Shown here piece by piece: positions 12,455 through 24,826 of a DNA stretch of 64,000 nt; position 1 is the first letter of the stretch, and the number at the start of each line of letters is the position of its first letter. The stretch lies in contig RHPI01000026.1 in assembly GCA_009103225.1 (NCBI GenBank), forward strand, positions 367,210-431,209, given 5' to 3'. The DNA is from Chlorokybus atmophyticus (lineage: Eukaryota > Plantae > Mesostigma and Chlorokybus algae). The notes beneath the pieces were generated by a model. It was given only the letters and a program-made list of their open reading frames with translations, did no database searches and had not been told where the DNA came from. The position numbers and the translations under genes are program-made.

Positions 12455-15081
12455 TCAGCTTTCTTCCATGTCCGAGCTGCTGAGAGTGCGCAGCGTCGTG
12501 CTTGCAATGTCCATCAGCTGCAGCCACTCGTCCGCGCCATCAACCAAACACTGCGTACACAACAAAAGGAAAGATTACTTCAAAAGACGTTGGCGGAGCC
12601 ATCAACGACCCACTATGCCAACACACAAGCACGACGTTCAATGTCAAATACGCAACGAGAGCGTGAGATGTACCACGTTAATCAGCCCATCCACATGACG
12701 GTTTATTGCATAAAACACTTGCAAGTACTGGTATGCGTATGCAAAAGAGGTACCTTGTCAGCCACAGCGATCTTTTCACAAATCTGCGCCTTTTGCTTGT
12801 CCGTGATGTCTTCCGCCAGAATAACTGCTTCACTCAACTACATACACAATGACAAGCTGTATGAAATCCTTCACAAGAGAACGAAGCCCACACACAAAGC
12901 GTGCACACATCACATATGGGTTGCAAACATAACCAACAGAGACACGACAACACCAAGCCCACCTGCTCGAAGATCTGCGCGGCAGAGTGGCCTTCAGACA
13001 CCAAATCAGTGACCGCCCGTTGAGCGTTTTCAAACGTGCCCGAGCGGCAGGCTTGCAGCAAACCTGTAATCAGCCCCTCAGGCAGCACCTGGAGCAGAAT
13101 AGCAGTTATGTTGGGACGTCTGTGTGATGTGCTAAGCAAGTTGTACACGCATTGTAGTTGCTACTTGCCCCAGACACGCTGATAATGTTGTCGCTGGTAA
13201 CGTTGGCTCCATACAATGTGGCCGCACTCTGCAGATGCAACGTATAAAATTCTTACACCAATTGCGCTAACCATGATGTGCCATACATATGAGTTTGAGT
13301 ATATATCTTCATGCCAAGTTTGCTTGAAGGCTCATCATCATACCTGCAAAGTGGTGATAGCTCTCCTCAAGTCGCCAACAGACACATTGCTCAATGTACC
13401 AAGAGCCTGTGTGAAACACACACAACCTGTGAATGAGACAAGGACCGACTCTGTGACACTTGTGACATATGAAGCAAAAGACTACACATGCGTGTTGTAC
13501 CCCGTCCTCCAGCGAGAGATGCTCTTGGTCGCAGATGTGTCTCACGCGCGCGGACATGATGTCGCCATGCAAAGGTCGGAAGCGAAATTTGGCACAGCGC
13601 GAGGCAAGCGGCTCTATTATCCTATTGACAGACACATGTGATCTGTATGCCTCAAGCTGGATATGGGCACAATGTCCAAGTGAGGCACACTGACCTGCTA
13701 ATGTAATTGCAGATGAATACGAACCGTGTCACTTTTGAGTATAGCTCCATTGTTCTTCTCAGTGCATTCTGCATGCAACATACAATGACTGTTGCTGCCC
13801 GTGGCAAACAATGATTCAGTGCAACAATAACACATACAAGATCATCAGTGTTCAAAGATTAGTACTGCTCGAGAAGTCACATGTAGCAGAACCAAAATAT
13901 TGCACAATGTACATTTGAGCGGCTGTTGCATGGCTCACAAACTGCAACAACAGCTCACCTGAGCATCTTCTGTCATGGCGTCTGCTTCATCCAGTATGCA
14001 CAGCTTGTAGGGCGGACAGGGGTACCCACTAAAAGCGCTCAAGTCATAAAGCTATCCGCGATCGCACATGCGGGAATACACACACATCTCCTGTTATTAC
14101 GATGATGGAACCTGTAACTCACCTGACTCCAGCTCCAACCGCCACAGCGGCAAAGTCTTTGATTTTGTGTCGCACAACGGATATGCCACGCTCGTCTGAA
14201 GCATTGAGCTCGAGGACCCTCGACTTGTATAGCTCTGGCCTGTGTATGCTCTTATTAGGTGTGTGTGTGCGCTTGTGTGCATGTGGAGCAACATGCATAT
14301 GTGTACGCAGATGACAAGCCAATCGATTTGTTGTCGTGAGTACGTGATGCTCACGCATTTCCTCAATCACTTACTCACCCGTACAGCTGGCGCGCAATGG
14401 CAAGGGCTGTGGAGGTCTTGCCTGTGCCAGGTGGGCCGTAAAACAGCAAATGCGGCAGCTGTGTGAGACAACTCAGTGTACACAACCACAATCTCATCTC
14501 CCTTGAAGTGGAACGCATGCAATCAACTGGACTCACTAACACAAAATGCGCAGTGTACTGAACTGTGTTGGCATGCTTGCAAACATTGCATGTCATCTGT
14601 GCGTTACATCTCAATCTTGCAAGCTTAATCGGGTTCACATGAAGAGCTCGCGTTGTGCAGCTACCATGACTGAGTGTTGTTGCAGTAGCAAGCGACACGT
14701 GTGCTTACATTGGCAGTTTCTAGCGACTTCTTCAGCGTGCTTACAACCTCCTCCTGGTGCGCCACGTCATCCACAGCCCTGGGCCGGCTGAAGAGAGAAC
14801 CCAGCCAGGCAACGGATGAGTAAACTACACACAGCGCAATGCTGCGCTCAGCAGCAAGACTGGGCCACTTGCTGATATCAACGCACACTGCGGCTCAACT
14901 CGCCGTATGAATGACCACTTGCAATTGTACAGCGCACATAACTGTGCATAGCAATCAAGCAAGCATGCATGCACGCCAGCTGACAGAGCATGCAATGCTG
15001 TGTGTCCAGCGAAGAAACGCACTATTTCTCCACCCAGGGGTGTGGAGCTGTGCCGGCGGGCGTCGCAGCCGCAGCTGGCAT
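12455..15081 (-). CDS. RFC4: Replication factor C small subunit (RFC4 plant/human, Rfc2 yeast type), multi-exon
   Basis: PWVEKY|[82 protein letters not shown] and [12 protein letters not shown]; stop TGA at 12455-12457. Confidence 0.95.
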
Positions 15082-15252
15082 GGCTCAGCAGCTAGCCACA
15101 ACACACAACGCAGCTTGCATGCGCTCCCTCCACGCTCGCCGCCGCCGCTGGCAGCAATTTGGCGGGAAACAAGCGCATTGACATAGGAAAATCACATCAA
15201 AAATACAGCAGAAGTATGCGCGAGCTACCACGTGGCAGTGTGGCGTTTGAGC
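15082..15252. promoter_or_regulatory. Compact bidirectional promoter between RFC4 and FKBP19
   Basis: Only 171 bp separate the divergent ATGs (15081 on the minus strand, 15253 on the plus strand). Confidence 0.6.
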
Positions 15253-17662
15253 ATGGCGGCGGCGGTGGCGTCGACGGCATTCAAGGTGCCGGTGTCGTCG
15301 TCGTCTTTGCAACCGACGTTGAGGTCGTCCAAGAGCAGGCGACGCTCGGCGGGGCAATGGCGCAGCAGGCGGGCTGAGACACCCCAGCCTGTGGTGATTG
15401 CATTGCCCATGCTTAGGGTTGTGAAAATCACTGGTGTTGCATTTGTACTTTTGATGAACAGCCGGCTTTGTTACGATGTGTCATGTTAAATTACCTCACA
15501 ACATGGTTGTCTGTAGGGTTGCTGGCAACGTTACGAACACACACCCACTCCTAGATTAGTTCGTCAGTTGATCTCCAACAAACTGCCATTTCAAGCGTAA
15601 TTGTGTGCTCACATTGTTATCTTGCGAGACATAAGTGAGCATGAGTTACCGCTGCACTGCGTCGTGTTACGCTCGAAATGCAGCATGTCTACAAGTTGAG
15701 CTGCATTGTCGTCTGTGCTGCATGTCCCTTTCGTTGTACCTGTCATAACACAGCAATCGCACGTGTTCAATCAACACTGGAACTTTCTACTCTCAAGCAA
15801 TCAAAATCACAATCAGCTTTGGACATGGGCATGCAAGCATGTCGTGTTGCAGTGTGGCGATGTTGGGGTGCTGTCTCCTTTTGCCTCCGGTTTCCTGTTG
15901 TATTTGTCTCTGAGCGATACTTGTCGCTTTGGGTGATTACCATTGCTGGCACAGTTTACAGCGTGCCGGTTCTCTTCGTGACATCTGGCTTGCAGCTTGC
16001 TGTATCTTGCCTGCAAACACGGACAGAAATTGAACCCACAACTGGTAATTAGCAGGTATCACAGGCAGCTAGTACGGATGGCAAAGACAGCCCATTCAAC
16101 ACGACCCCACTCCTCACACGCCGCGCTGCACTTACCGCTACAGGTACAACTCCTTCCTCAACCTGGTGCTGTTAGCATCTGATCTCATCGTTGAAGCAAG
16201 CAGCACACTGGTTGATTCTCAGCTGCCATTGCGGGTAGGGTTGTTGGCTTTGGGCGCATACACAATTGACGGCGATGCTGCACGTGCTGAGCCGGGCGGC
16301 AAGTACGTGGACATGCCGGGGCTCAAGGGCAAGGATTATGGAAAGACCTCCATGAAGTACCCTGACTACACCATGACTCCTTCAGGTCTCCAGTACAAGG
16401 TCCACGATGATGGTGGTGCATGCATTGGACTCTTCTGCATGGTTCCAAGTTGGTGATTAACCGTTCCTGCTGTTTGCTCATTCCGCTCTGCTTGGCTTGT
16501 GATAGGATCTGAGGCCTGGCACCGGTGAGAGTCCCAGTGAAGGAGACCAAGTGGTGGTAAATTCTGCTATGCAAGCTTGCCATCAATGATGTATCGCATC
16601 ACCAGTCACCTTCAACAAGTTGTCTAAAAATGGGGGTTTGAAAGTTGGCAATGATCTGTATGCGTGGGCTATCTGTTCTGGTGTTAATGAGTTGTGAGTC
16701 TCGTCAAGCAGACTGCACTGTCTGGCAGGTAGACTGGGATGGGTTCACAATAGGCTACTACGGGCGCATCTTCGAGGCTCGCAACAAGGCGAAAGGCGGT
16801 TCTTTTGAGGTCAGTCTGTTGACTACACGACTCATAGTGGCAGTCAGTGCAGCCTTGCTTTTCTCTGTTTGATGCTTACCTTGGCAGGGCAACGAGAAAG
16901 ACTTCTACCGCTTTGTTCTTGGCAGCCACACGGTACTTGTCCTTGTTGCCATTACCTGTTAAACTGAGACTTAGCCCTTGACAGTGACCAGGCCATTGTG
17001 TTTGCAAGCTTGTGTGTAGGTTCGTGGTTGTTTGCAAGATGATCTGCAATGACACTTGAGCGAAAGCTTGCAGCTTGAAACGATATTTGAATTACACCAC
17101 TACAAAATGCCCTGACCTTTTTCTTAACCGCAGGTGATACCAGCTTTTGAGGAAGCTGTGAGCTCAATGCAAGTAGGCGGCATCAGACGGTAAGCCCCTG
17201 TATCATCGGTCCCACCTAAACCACTAAGCATTACCCTTTCCTACTTACTGTAAGATGTAGCATGCAACAGGCGGCACAATACTCGATTGTTGAAAGTTGG
17301 CACGGGTTATGAGTGCTTCGTGCTGCTCCGCTACCGTTGTTTGAGACAAGCTGCACATCGCACGACATGCTGTTCATGCTGTGTGTCGTGTTGTGCAGTA
17401 TCATTGTGACCCCGGATATTGGTTACCCCAACAACAGTTTTGACAAGGGAGTTGGCCCTGTTCCTGGCTCGTTTTCAGTAAGTGTCCGTGCCCACAATGC
17501 TATTGTGACACTACTCACTTCCCATCGCACCTGCATGTCCTGTCCATGTAAACATTGTCGTGCCAGGGCAAGCGGGCGCTGGACTTTGTTCTCAAGAATG
17601 CAGGTCTCATTGACAAGACGCTACTCTTTGACATTGAGCTGTTGAGAGTCGTTAAGCAGTAG
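15253..17662 (+). CDS. FKBP19: Thylakoid-lumen FKBP-type peptidyl-prolyl isomerase (FKBP19 orthologue), multi-exon
   Basis: Transit peptide MAAAVASTAFKVPVSSSS. GKDYGKTSMKYPDYTMTPSGLQYK, VDWDGFTIGYYGRIFEARNKAKGGSFE, VIPAFEEAVSSMQVGGIRRII and ALDFVLKNAGLIDKTLLFDIELL match the plant FKBP19 signature. Confidence 0.92.
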
Positions 17663-18173
17663 GTCACTGAGATAATATGCATCAATAAAATATGACTATA
17701 TTGTGACAGCGCCGTCGCATGTTGTGGCAATGTGAATATGAAGACAATCAGAGCATGTGCGATGCTAGGCTATGAATAGCTAGTGGAGTGACAACTTGGC
17801 CACATGCGACTTGTTGAGGCAACCATTGAACATGTGAATAGTCTCATATGCACTGAGTAAGATATGTACTTGTCCCACAACGAGTAGCAAGCCAAGAAAG
17901 AACATAAATTGAACATGTATCCCTGCAAAGTTCGCGCAGCGGGGCTGTTTGGTGCGCCAGCAATGTCATTGTGGTCGCTGCGGGAGGACATCCTGCCCCC
18001 AGTGAGGGCGGAGAGAAATGCGGGCAACCGCGTTGCTCGCGTGCATGTGCACCAATGCCTTCCGGCAATAACCAACTGAACTGGAATGTGCACTCAACTC
18101 CACAGGTCCTGGCCCAGCCTGCTGTTCTGCTTGAGTTGCTCGCATCCAAAGCGAACGCGATGCCCTCCCCCCC

Positions 18174-18551
18174 NNNNNNNNNNNNNNNNNNNNNNNNNNN
18201 NNNNNNNNNNNNNNNNNNNNNNNNNNNNNNNNNNNNNNNNNNNNNNNNNNNNNNNNNNNNNNNNNNNNNNNNNNNNNNNNNNNNNNNNNNNNNNNNNNNN
18301 NNNNNNNNNNNNNNNNNNNNNNNNNNNNNNNNNNNNNNNNNNNNNNNNNNNNNNNNNNNNNNNNNNNNNNNNNNNNNNNNNNNNNNNNNNNNNNNNNNNN
18401 NNNNNNNNNNNNNNNNNNNNNNNNNNNNNNNNNNNNNNNNNNNNNNNNNNNNNNNNNNNNNNNNNNNNNNNNNNNNNNNNNNNNNNNNNNNNNNNNNNNN
18501 NNNNNNNNNNNNNNNNNNNNNNNNNNNNNNNNNNNNNNNNNNNNNNNNNNN
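18174..18551. other. Assembly gap (378 N)
   Basis: Run of N flanked by a C-run on the left and a (GC)n run on the right. Confidence 0.99.
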
Positions 18552-18689
18552 GCGCGCGCGCGCGCCCCCGTACTACCGCACATCTTTGTGGGCGGAACAG
18601 TGAGCTCCATGTGCTTGTTATTTGGAAGTAACAGCTAGGTACTACTGCCACTCACGTGTGCATGTTAATTTGCATTGTCCATGCATGTT

Positions 18690-19200
18690 GTGAACAGCTT
18701 GTTCTCTGTGTTCATGTTGTACATGTTCTTGCACGAGCTGTCCACAACCAAGTTCCCTAACTGCAGGAGAGGTTCTAGTACTCTAGGTGACCGATTACTC
18801 GGATGGCACGGCAAATCAGAACTAGATTGATGTTGAAGTTGCCCAAGAGCATTCCCTTACCACGCGAGCTTGCATGTTGACAAGTGCTATGCACTCGAGT
18901 TTTGGCTCTTGACAACCTTCATATTGTCAAGCACCCACTTGCACGTGCACGTTTGCATGCTCACGCTTGCCATGCACAGACCATGATTGTGAGGAAATTG
19001 TTGAACTGTTGAGATGTGCTTTGTAAGTGTCCCCCGCCTCTCCCTCCGATCCATATGGCGTTGCATGCACATGATATTTATGTAGCATCGACACCACCGT
19101 CGGCTGATTATAGCAATGCAACGGGGCTTCATCAAATCTGAGTGAAGTTGCCCTAAGCTAGTACATGCACGTACACATTGCATTTTGTCTGGAAGCAATA
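18690..19200 (-). mobile_element. Possible degenerate LINE (APE-type endonuclease) relic
   Basis: The minus strand gives DLMKPRCIAII, MDRRERRGTLTKHI and, after a frame break, MLLGNFNINL...LGCGQLVQE. These loosely resemble the KPDIIAI, DRxGRRGGGV and ILGDFNINL...QLV motifs of non-LTR endonucleases. No RT was seen. Confidence 0.3.
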
Positions 19201-20124
19201 TATGCCGTAATTGAAATATGTGATACTATATTGTCTTGTACGCGTTGTTTGAACCATCCATCAACGACTTCAACATCTACCTCCAAAACTCGTTACTTGT
19301 AGTGGAGCCATTTATAAGCATAGCTATTGACCATCTGCATGACTTGTTTTTGCATATGTACACCCGTCTGACAATACGCTAGTCTCATTGCTTAGGCACA
19401 TTCATGAATGTCAATTATGCAATAATGCGATAGAGCCCAAGCCGTATAGTGACTCACTATACGATTGGTGGGGTATGGCGACATGACTATAATACAGAAG
19501 TCGAACTTTGAGCACGTGAAGGCATTGGCATTTGTTGGTGTGGTGAGTCTTCTTACAGTCATGTAGTCAGTGACGAGTACGGGAGGCACGTTGCATGGCA
19601 CAGGTTGCTCACAGTACACTGTAGACCTATATCTCATTGGGGGCGGTACGTTCCCAACTTGCAGGCTGCAGCGGTGCTCCATCCTGCCATGTTGCAGCGG
19701 CTGCAAACACAGCACACTAGGTAGGCCTACTTTACGTACAGTGTTCATACAATTGTTTGAGCTTTATACAATGTAGGCAGTACATTGTGATGCGGGTAGT
19801 AAGCCTACTGTAGCCTGCAACTTGCACTGTGCAATGCTGCTGCTAGGGCGTGCGCTTACATAGGCTTTCATGCATTATGAAACCTTGGACGCTGCTGACA
19901 CCGCACCAGAAAAAGTTGTGTGTGACTCTATGTGTGCAACTTGCACGCATAGCGTCTTCTCTGTGCACATACACACACAACCACACACCCGTCGGCCGGC
20001 CTCTCGCAGAGCAAGCTAGGCGCCGTCCGCCGTTGTCCTCTCCGTTAGCCTGTTGGGAGGGAAGTGTTTCTGAGGAAGCTTCTGCAGGAGAAAGGAAATA
20101 GGGTGGGCCTTGCCTACGGAACGT

Positions 20125-23100
20125 ATGCAGGGCACAGGTGAGCGCCACAGAGTTGGGTCAATGTTGGGCCAAAGCGGAAGGGGGTGTGCTGTGCTGCTAG
20201 TCGCTATTGGCACTGCTGATTGCGTGTGCGAGGTGGGCGTGGGGGCAAGCGCGTGTTTGGGCTGTGGAGACTCACTCACCTTAGACTCACCACTGCATTG
20301 CATTCCCTGTGTTGTGTGCGTCAGGCAAAGGGACCCCCACGCATCAATCTAACTCGAAGCCTCCCCGCCTATGGCTCCTCCCTTAAGCTTGGCATCATGG
20401 GTGCTAGGCCTTACCTCCTCGCGTGTGGCCGCTTGGTGTCGGCTCTCACCGTGGACAACTTCTACCCATTCGGGGTGGGAAACGGGGACACTATGCTGCC
20501 CAAGTAAGAACAGCACTACGCATGCATGCACGCACGAGATCAAAATGCTTCTCCCTTCGTAAGCTGTTACACGCACATACGCCCATGCATGTGGGCCAAG
20601 GTGACGGCATCCACACTACGTGCGTGCCTGTGTGGGTATGTGGGAGGCAGGGGCAGGTGTGTGAGGTTGGAGGGTAGGGGGCATGCTTTTGCAGGCAGGA
20701 TTAGAAACTACTGCAAGCTTTTCTGCTCCCACGAGAATTGTACTTGTTGCAAGGCATTGGCATGCATTCCCAGCACATTGTACGCCGAAACCAAGTCTCC
20801 GTTCACGCAAACTTGCTGCATGCGCACGCACGCACATGTGCGCATGTACCTGTGCGTTTGTCAAGAGCTGCTGCTTGCTCAATCTATACCTTGCTCTTCT
20901 GTGCGTGGTATACTCACCAACGTCTTTACACAGGGGCGTAGACAACTCTTCACCATTGGTGGCATTGCCGTTCCCCGTGCCGGTGTTCGGCATGAGCGGT
21001 GTGAACGGCATGTACATCAACAACAATGGCCACATCTCGTTTGACAGGTCCGTTGCCTTCACCACCCTGTCTCCCGATGATGATACCAGTGTAGTGGCAG
21101 GGTGGAGCGGTGACCTCTCCACGTCACGCGCCACATGTGGCAATGTCACTTACCGCACCATCATCAGCACCAGCAGCCAGGCGGAACAACAACATCAACA
21201 ACTGCTCACACGCCTTAGCGACGACGTGCGTGCCACCTTCCCCGCTGACCCGCTTGCCACGGAATTCCATGCACAGGCCGCTGTCGTTGCAACATGGAAC
21301 AAGGTGTACACATGCTGGTGTTTATCTTTGTGTCTGTGACAGAAAACTATTAGCAACTCAACCCAGCAGAATGGCCTTGTGTGTTGTGGTGCTCACTTGT
21401 TGTTGCTGATATTGCATGCATGCAGGTGGGCTACTCTCCAGGTCTCTCCGAGGACAACCATCTTCCAGATTGTCATTGCAATGGACATCAAGCGTGTGTT
21501 TGTGTTGTTGCTGTACGTTGCGTTGGACACATCATCCACGTCTAGTAAACGAGGTCGGTACACACGCAAGCATAGTTGGTTGTTGTTGTGCTTGTTGTTC
21601 TTGCTGTGATGGTGGTAGTGAAGGTGGCTCATGTGTACGTTGCATGTATGTTTGCATCGACACAGCGTCAGCGGGGTTTGGCATCGCCGGCACGCAACGG
21701 TTCTACTACCTGCCTGGCTCTGGAGCCTTAGCTGTGAAGTTGGTGGCCGAAACAAGCAATGTTGGAGGTCAAGGTGCGTGCGCATGTGCACAAAACTGTT
21801 GTTGGTCTAACAGAACTGTGCACACGAGTAGCTTGTGCGGGACTCGCTCGCGCTCTCACACACGCGCACACACACGGACATCACTCTCTGTTTACTCTGA
21901 CACAGCCTGGAAAGTGGGCGTAAGGCTTGAGTGCAAGCACCACCCTTGGCATTCGTGACAGCCTGTGAGTCTCCACACACACAGTCTCCGCACACATGCG
22001 TATGGGCAGCAAATTGTCTGACTATGCTATGCTATACTATTCATCCATGCACATCAACTGTTGATGTTGGCATGCAGAGCCGCAACGCAGTCGACCCCCA
22101 TTGACTTGAGCGAGAGTGTGTTGCTAGCGGCAACGTACAGCACGAGCGGTGGTTGCAAGGGTCAAACACGCACGATAGCGTACGACTACTGTAGCGCCGG
22201 CAACGCTGACGAGTACGGCCGGGGAGTTGTATTCATTCCATGACTTGCCCAAGCTTCACAACGGGAGTTGATGCAATACGCGTGACGGTCTCCGCGGGTG
22301 ACAGCAACGCAGCCACCTGCCCGACAGAAATCTTCATATTGCATCTCACTCTGAACCCCTTTGAGATAAAAATCAACTACGCGTATGCGGTTGCCGCCAA
22401 CACCAGCAGCCGTATGTTGGCCGTCGGCGACAACATTGTGATACGCTCCAGCATCGATGTGCCGTGCAAAGTGGCTTCAACCCACACATCGTAGATTGCG
22501 GAGCAGATTCAGTGGTATGTGCATGTGCAAGTGTGGGGCACAAACAATGCAGGTGACTGAATTACACCCCCCCAACATCGTGCATTCGTGCAGTCAAATG
22601 TGGCAGGGCGTTGTGAGTACAACAGTCCCAGAGTGAGGCAAGTCACCATCACATATACGCTGGCGGGACAGTTCGTCTCTGCGTCCATCAACCTCAACGT
22701 TGTTGATGTTGTGAGACCAATCTGCCCGAGCACATGAGGGACCCAAACCGCATGCTATTACCAACGCACACGGACATGTGTACTTCGTTGGGTGGTGCAC
22801 CCACGCACGCACAGATGTTGACCATCGCTGCCACACACACACATGCACGCACGCACGCACGCAGGATGGTTGCTTTTCCAACGGGGAGGGTGCTCGGATC
22901 GCAGGCGTGCCCGCCGAGCACGTGGGTAAATCGCTTATTGAGCCATTGCCGCAACCCTGCCAATGTAAAGCCTTACACCAAGTTGTACAACGCGTTTGCA
23001 AGCTGGGTGCCGCAGGATGCGGCGGTGATCAGGCGTTACTACGGCGAGCGCACGGTAGCGTAGGCCTTGTCGTTGTTGACATACAACATCAGCGAGAGGC

Positions 23101-23433
23101 GCACCGCACTTGCGAGGGAGGCAACCGCGGCACTTTTCTCCGTCCAGAATGTCTATGTCCAGTGCCCTCTACAACATCGACAACGCCTCGCGAGGTACAC
23201 GCGCGGGGTGCACGCGCACGTGCGCATGTGCACGCGTGCTTGCCAGGGATGCAAGCGAGGTTGCAGCTGTGTTGTGTTCTTGTGCGTGCGTGCGTGCGTG
23301 TGTGATGTCACTGACGAGAGACGACGTCTCAATGTGGTCTTGCGGTGCAGTTGACGCCATGGTGGCCAAGTTCAATAGACAGAACCGAGCATCTTTCCCC
23401 GAGTGCCCACCTGCTCCCGGCTGCAACAACTGA
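20125..23433 (+). pseudogene. NIDO (nidogen-like) domain secreted-protein pseudogene, multi-exon
   Basis: NFYPFGVGNGDTMLPK|GVDNSSP, YINNNGHISF, GNVTYR, VVATWNKV, FQIVIAMD, SAGFG...YYLPGS and ETSNVG follow NIDO motif order. Lesions: frameshifts at ~21459, ~22240 and ~23160, and in-frame stops at 22492 and 23061. Confidence 0.7.
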
Positions 23434-24826
23434 GTTGTGTGTGTCGAAAGCAGACGTTGGGTAGTCCAACTGCAGTCCCGGTTATTGTCATTCAATCGGT
23501 GTTTCCGCAACCACGCACGCTGTGTGCATGCGTATACACAACCTCGCAATTAAACACCTTTATCGACAATGTTAAATAAAGTTCACTGTTTATGTGCTAT
23601 GTTTGACATGAATGCGTGCGCTGCCTGCCACCCATGTAGTGTGATGTTCAGGGCAGTAGCAGTGCATAGTCAACATACCTGTGCAGTCACCAACCCATCC
23701 CCTAACAAGCTTGTCAATAATAAAGTTAATCTACCAAGCTTTGATCACCAGAAGCTCGCGTGAACAAGTTTTATTGATTGATACTGTAAGAAAGCCAGTA
23801 CTCTCAAGTACTCTTACATTTCTTCAGCGATTTACCTTTACGCCGTGCACCACATCCACACTTATATTTGCATGATCAGTGTATGTATGGAGTTGTGGTT
23901 AATCAGTTTATACATTTAATGCGTTTGTGTACTTCAAACAGATTTCAAGCAGTCAATTTTAAATTTGTCACATGCCATGATTCCAAAAGGTTACCTTTAG
24001 CACTATTGATTGATGAAGAATGAAGTTGCCTAAAATGCAAGGCGTCACTTTTCGCTTACATTACTTTGTTTATATCATTACATTGTGGGATAGTTATAGC
24101 TTTTGTTATTAGAAGCACACTCGTAGCGCCTATTATTCGTTGTTCATCAATCACGACGGTTGCAATAAACAATGGCTCACATGATAAGTGTGGCGTTGCT
24201 TACTGGGTGGGAACTCACGCTGGGTGTTGCTGCAAAACAGGTCTCATAGCTATGGTAATATTGTTGTGCTTGCTTTCCTAGCGGCTTAGGTCAGCCCATT
24301 AGCTCATGATAATTGTGTGCACATGCTACATTTGTAACGTAGCACTTGTTTGATTCGCTTGTACTGTGATGTTATTTATACCAATTTGATTATAAACGAT
24401 TCAATGACCAGTACTTATAATCCTTAAATTATTTGTATACGACATGGGCACCTCAATGCATATTCATACCCCGCAGAAGATTACATGCAGCAATGCTACT
24501 AGTTGAAAGGGCATTAATGACCAAAAATTGACCTCGGGGGCCTTTCTTTCAACATGAAATCTCATTCACTATCACCCTGTCTCAACTGTCCGCAAGCATG
24601 CCTCATCATGGATGTTTTTTAAGGCTTGGAGATCAATGGACAATGTCACTATGACAAGAGTCACATGTTTGGATCTGCCACTTGGGCCCAAGTGCGAGAT
24701 CCAAGCGAGTGACTAGGCCTCCACCTCAGCTTCAGCCTTCACAACCAAACCAGGTGCATTGCAGCTGCGGCGTCGGCGGTGGCGGCCGGGAGGTGATCCT
24801 CCTCGTCGTTGTCGTCAACGTCAGCC

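Noticed and set aside
17966-18651. ORFs spanning runs of X
   Set aside because: They are open only because of the 378-N gap.
21900-23070. Possible stop-codon reassignment (TAA/TAG read as Gln) to explain the NIDO stops
   Set aside because: FKBP19, MDAR and the transposase end in TAG and the methyltransferase ends in TAA. The NIDO locus also has frameshifts, so pseudogenisation is simpler.
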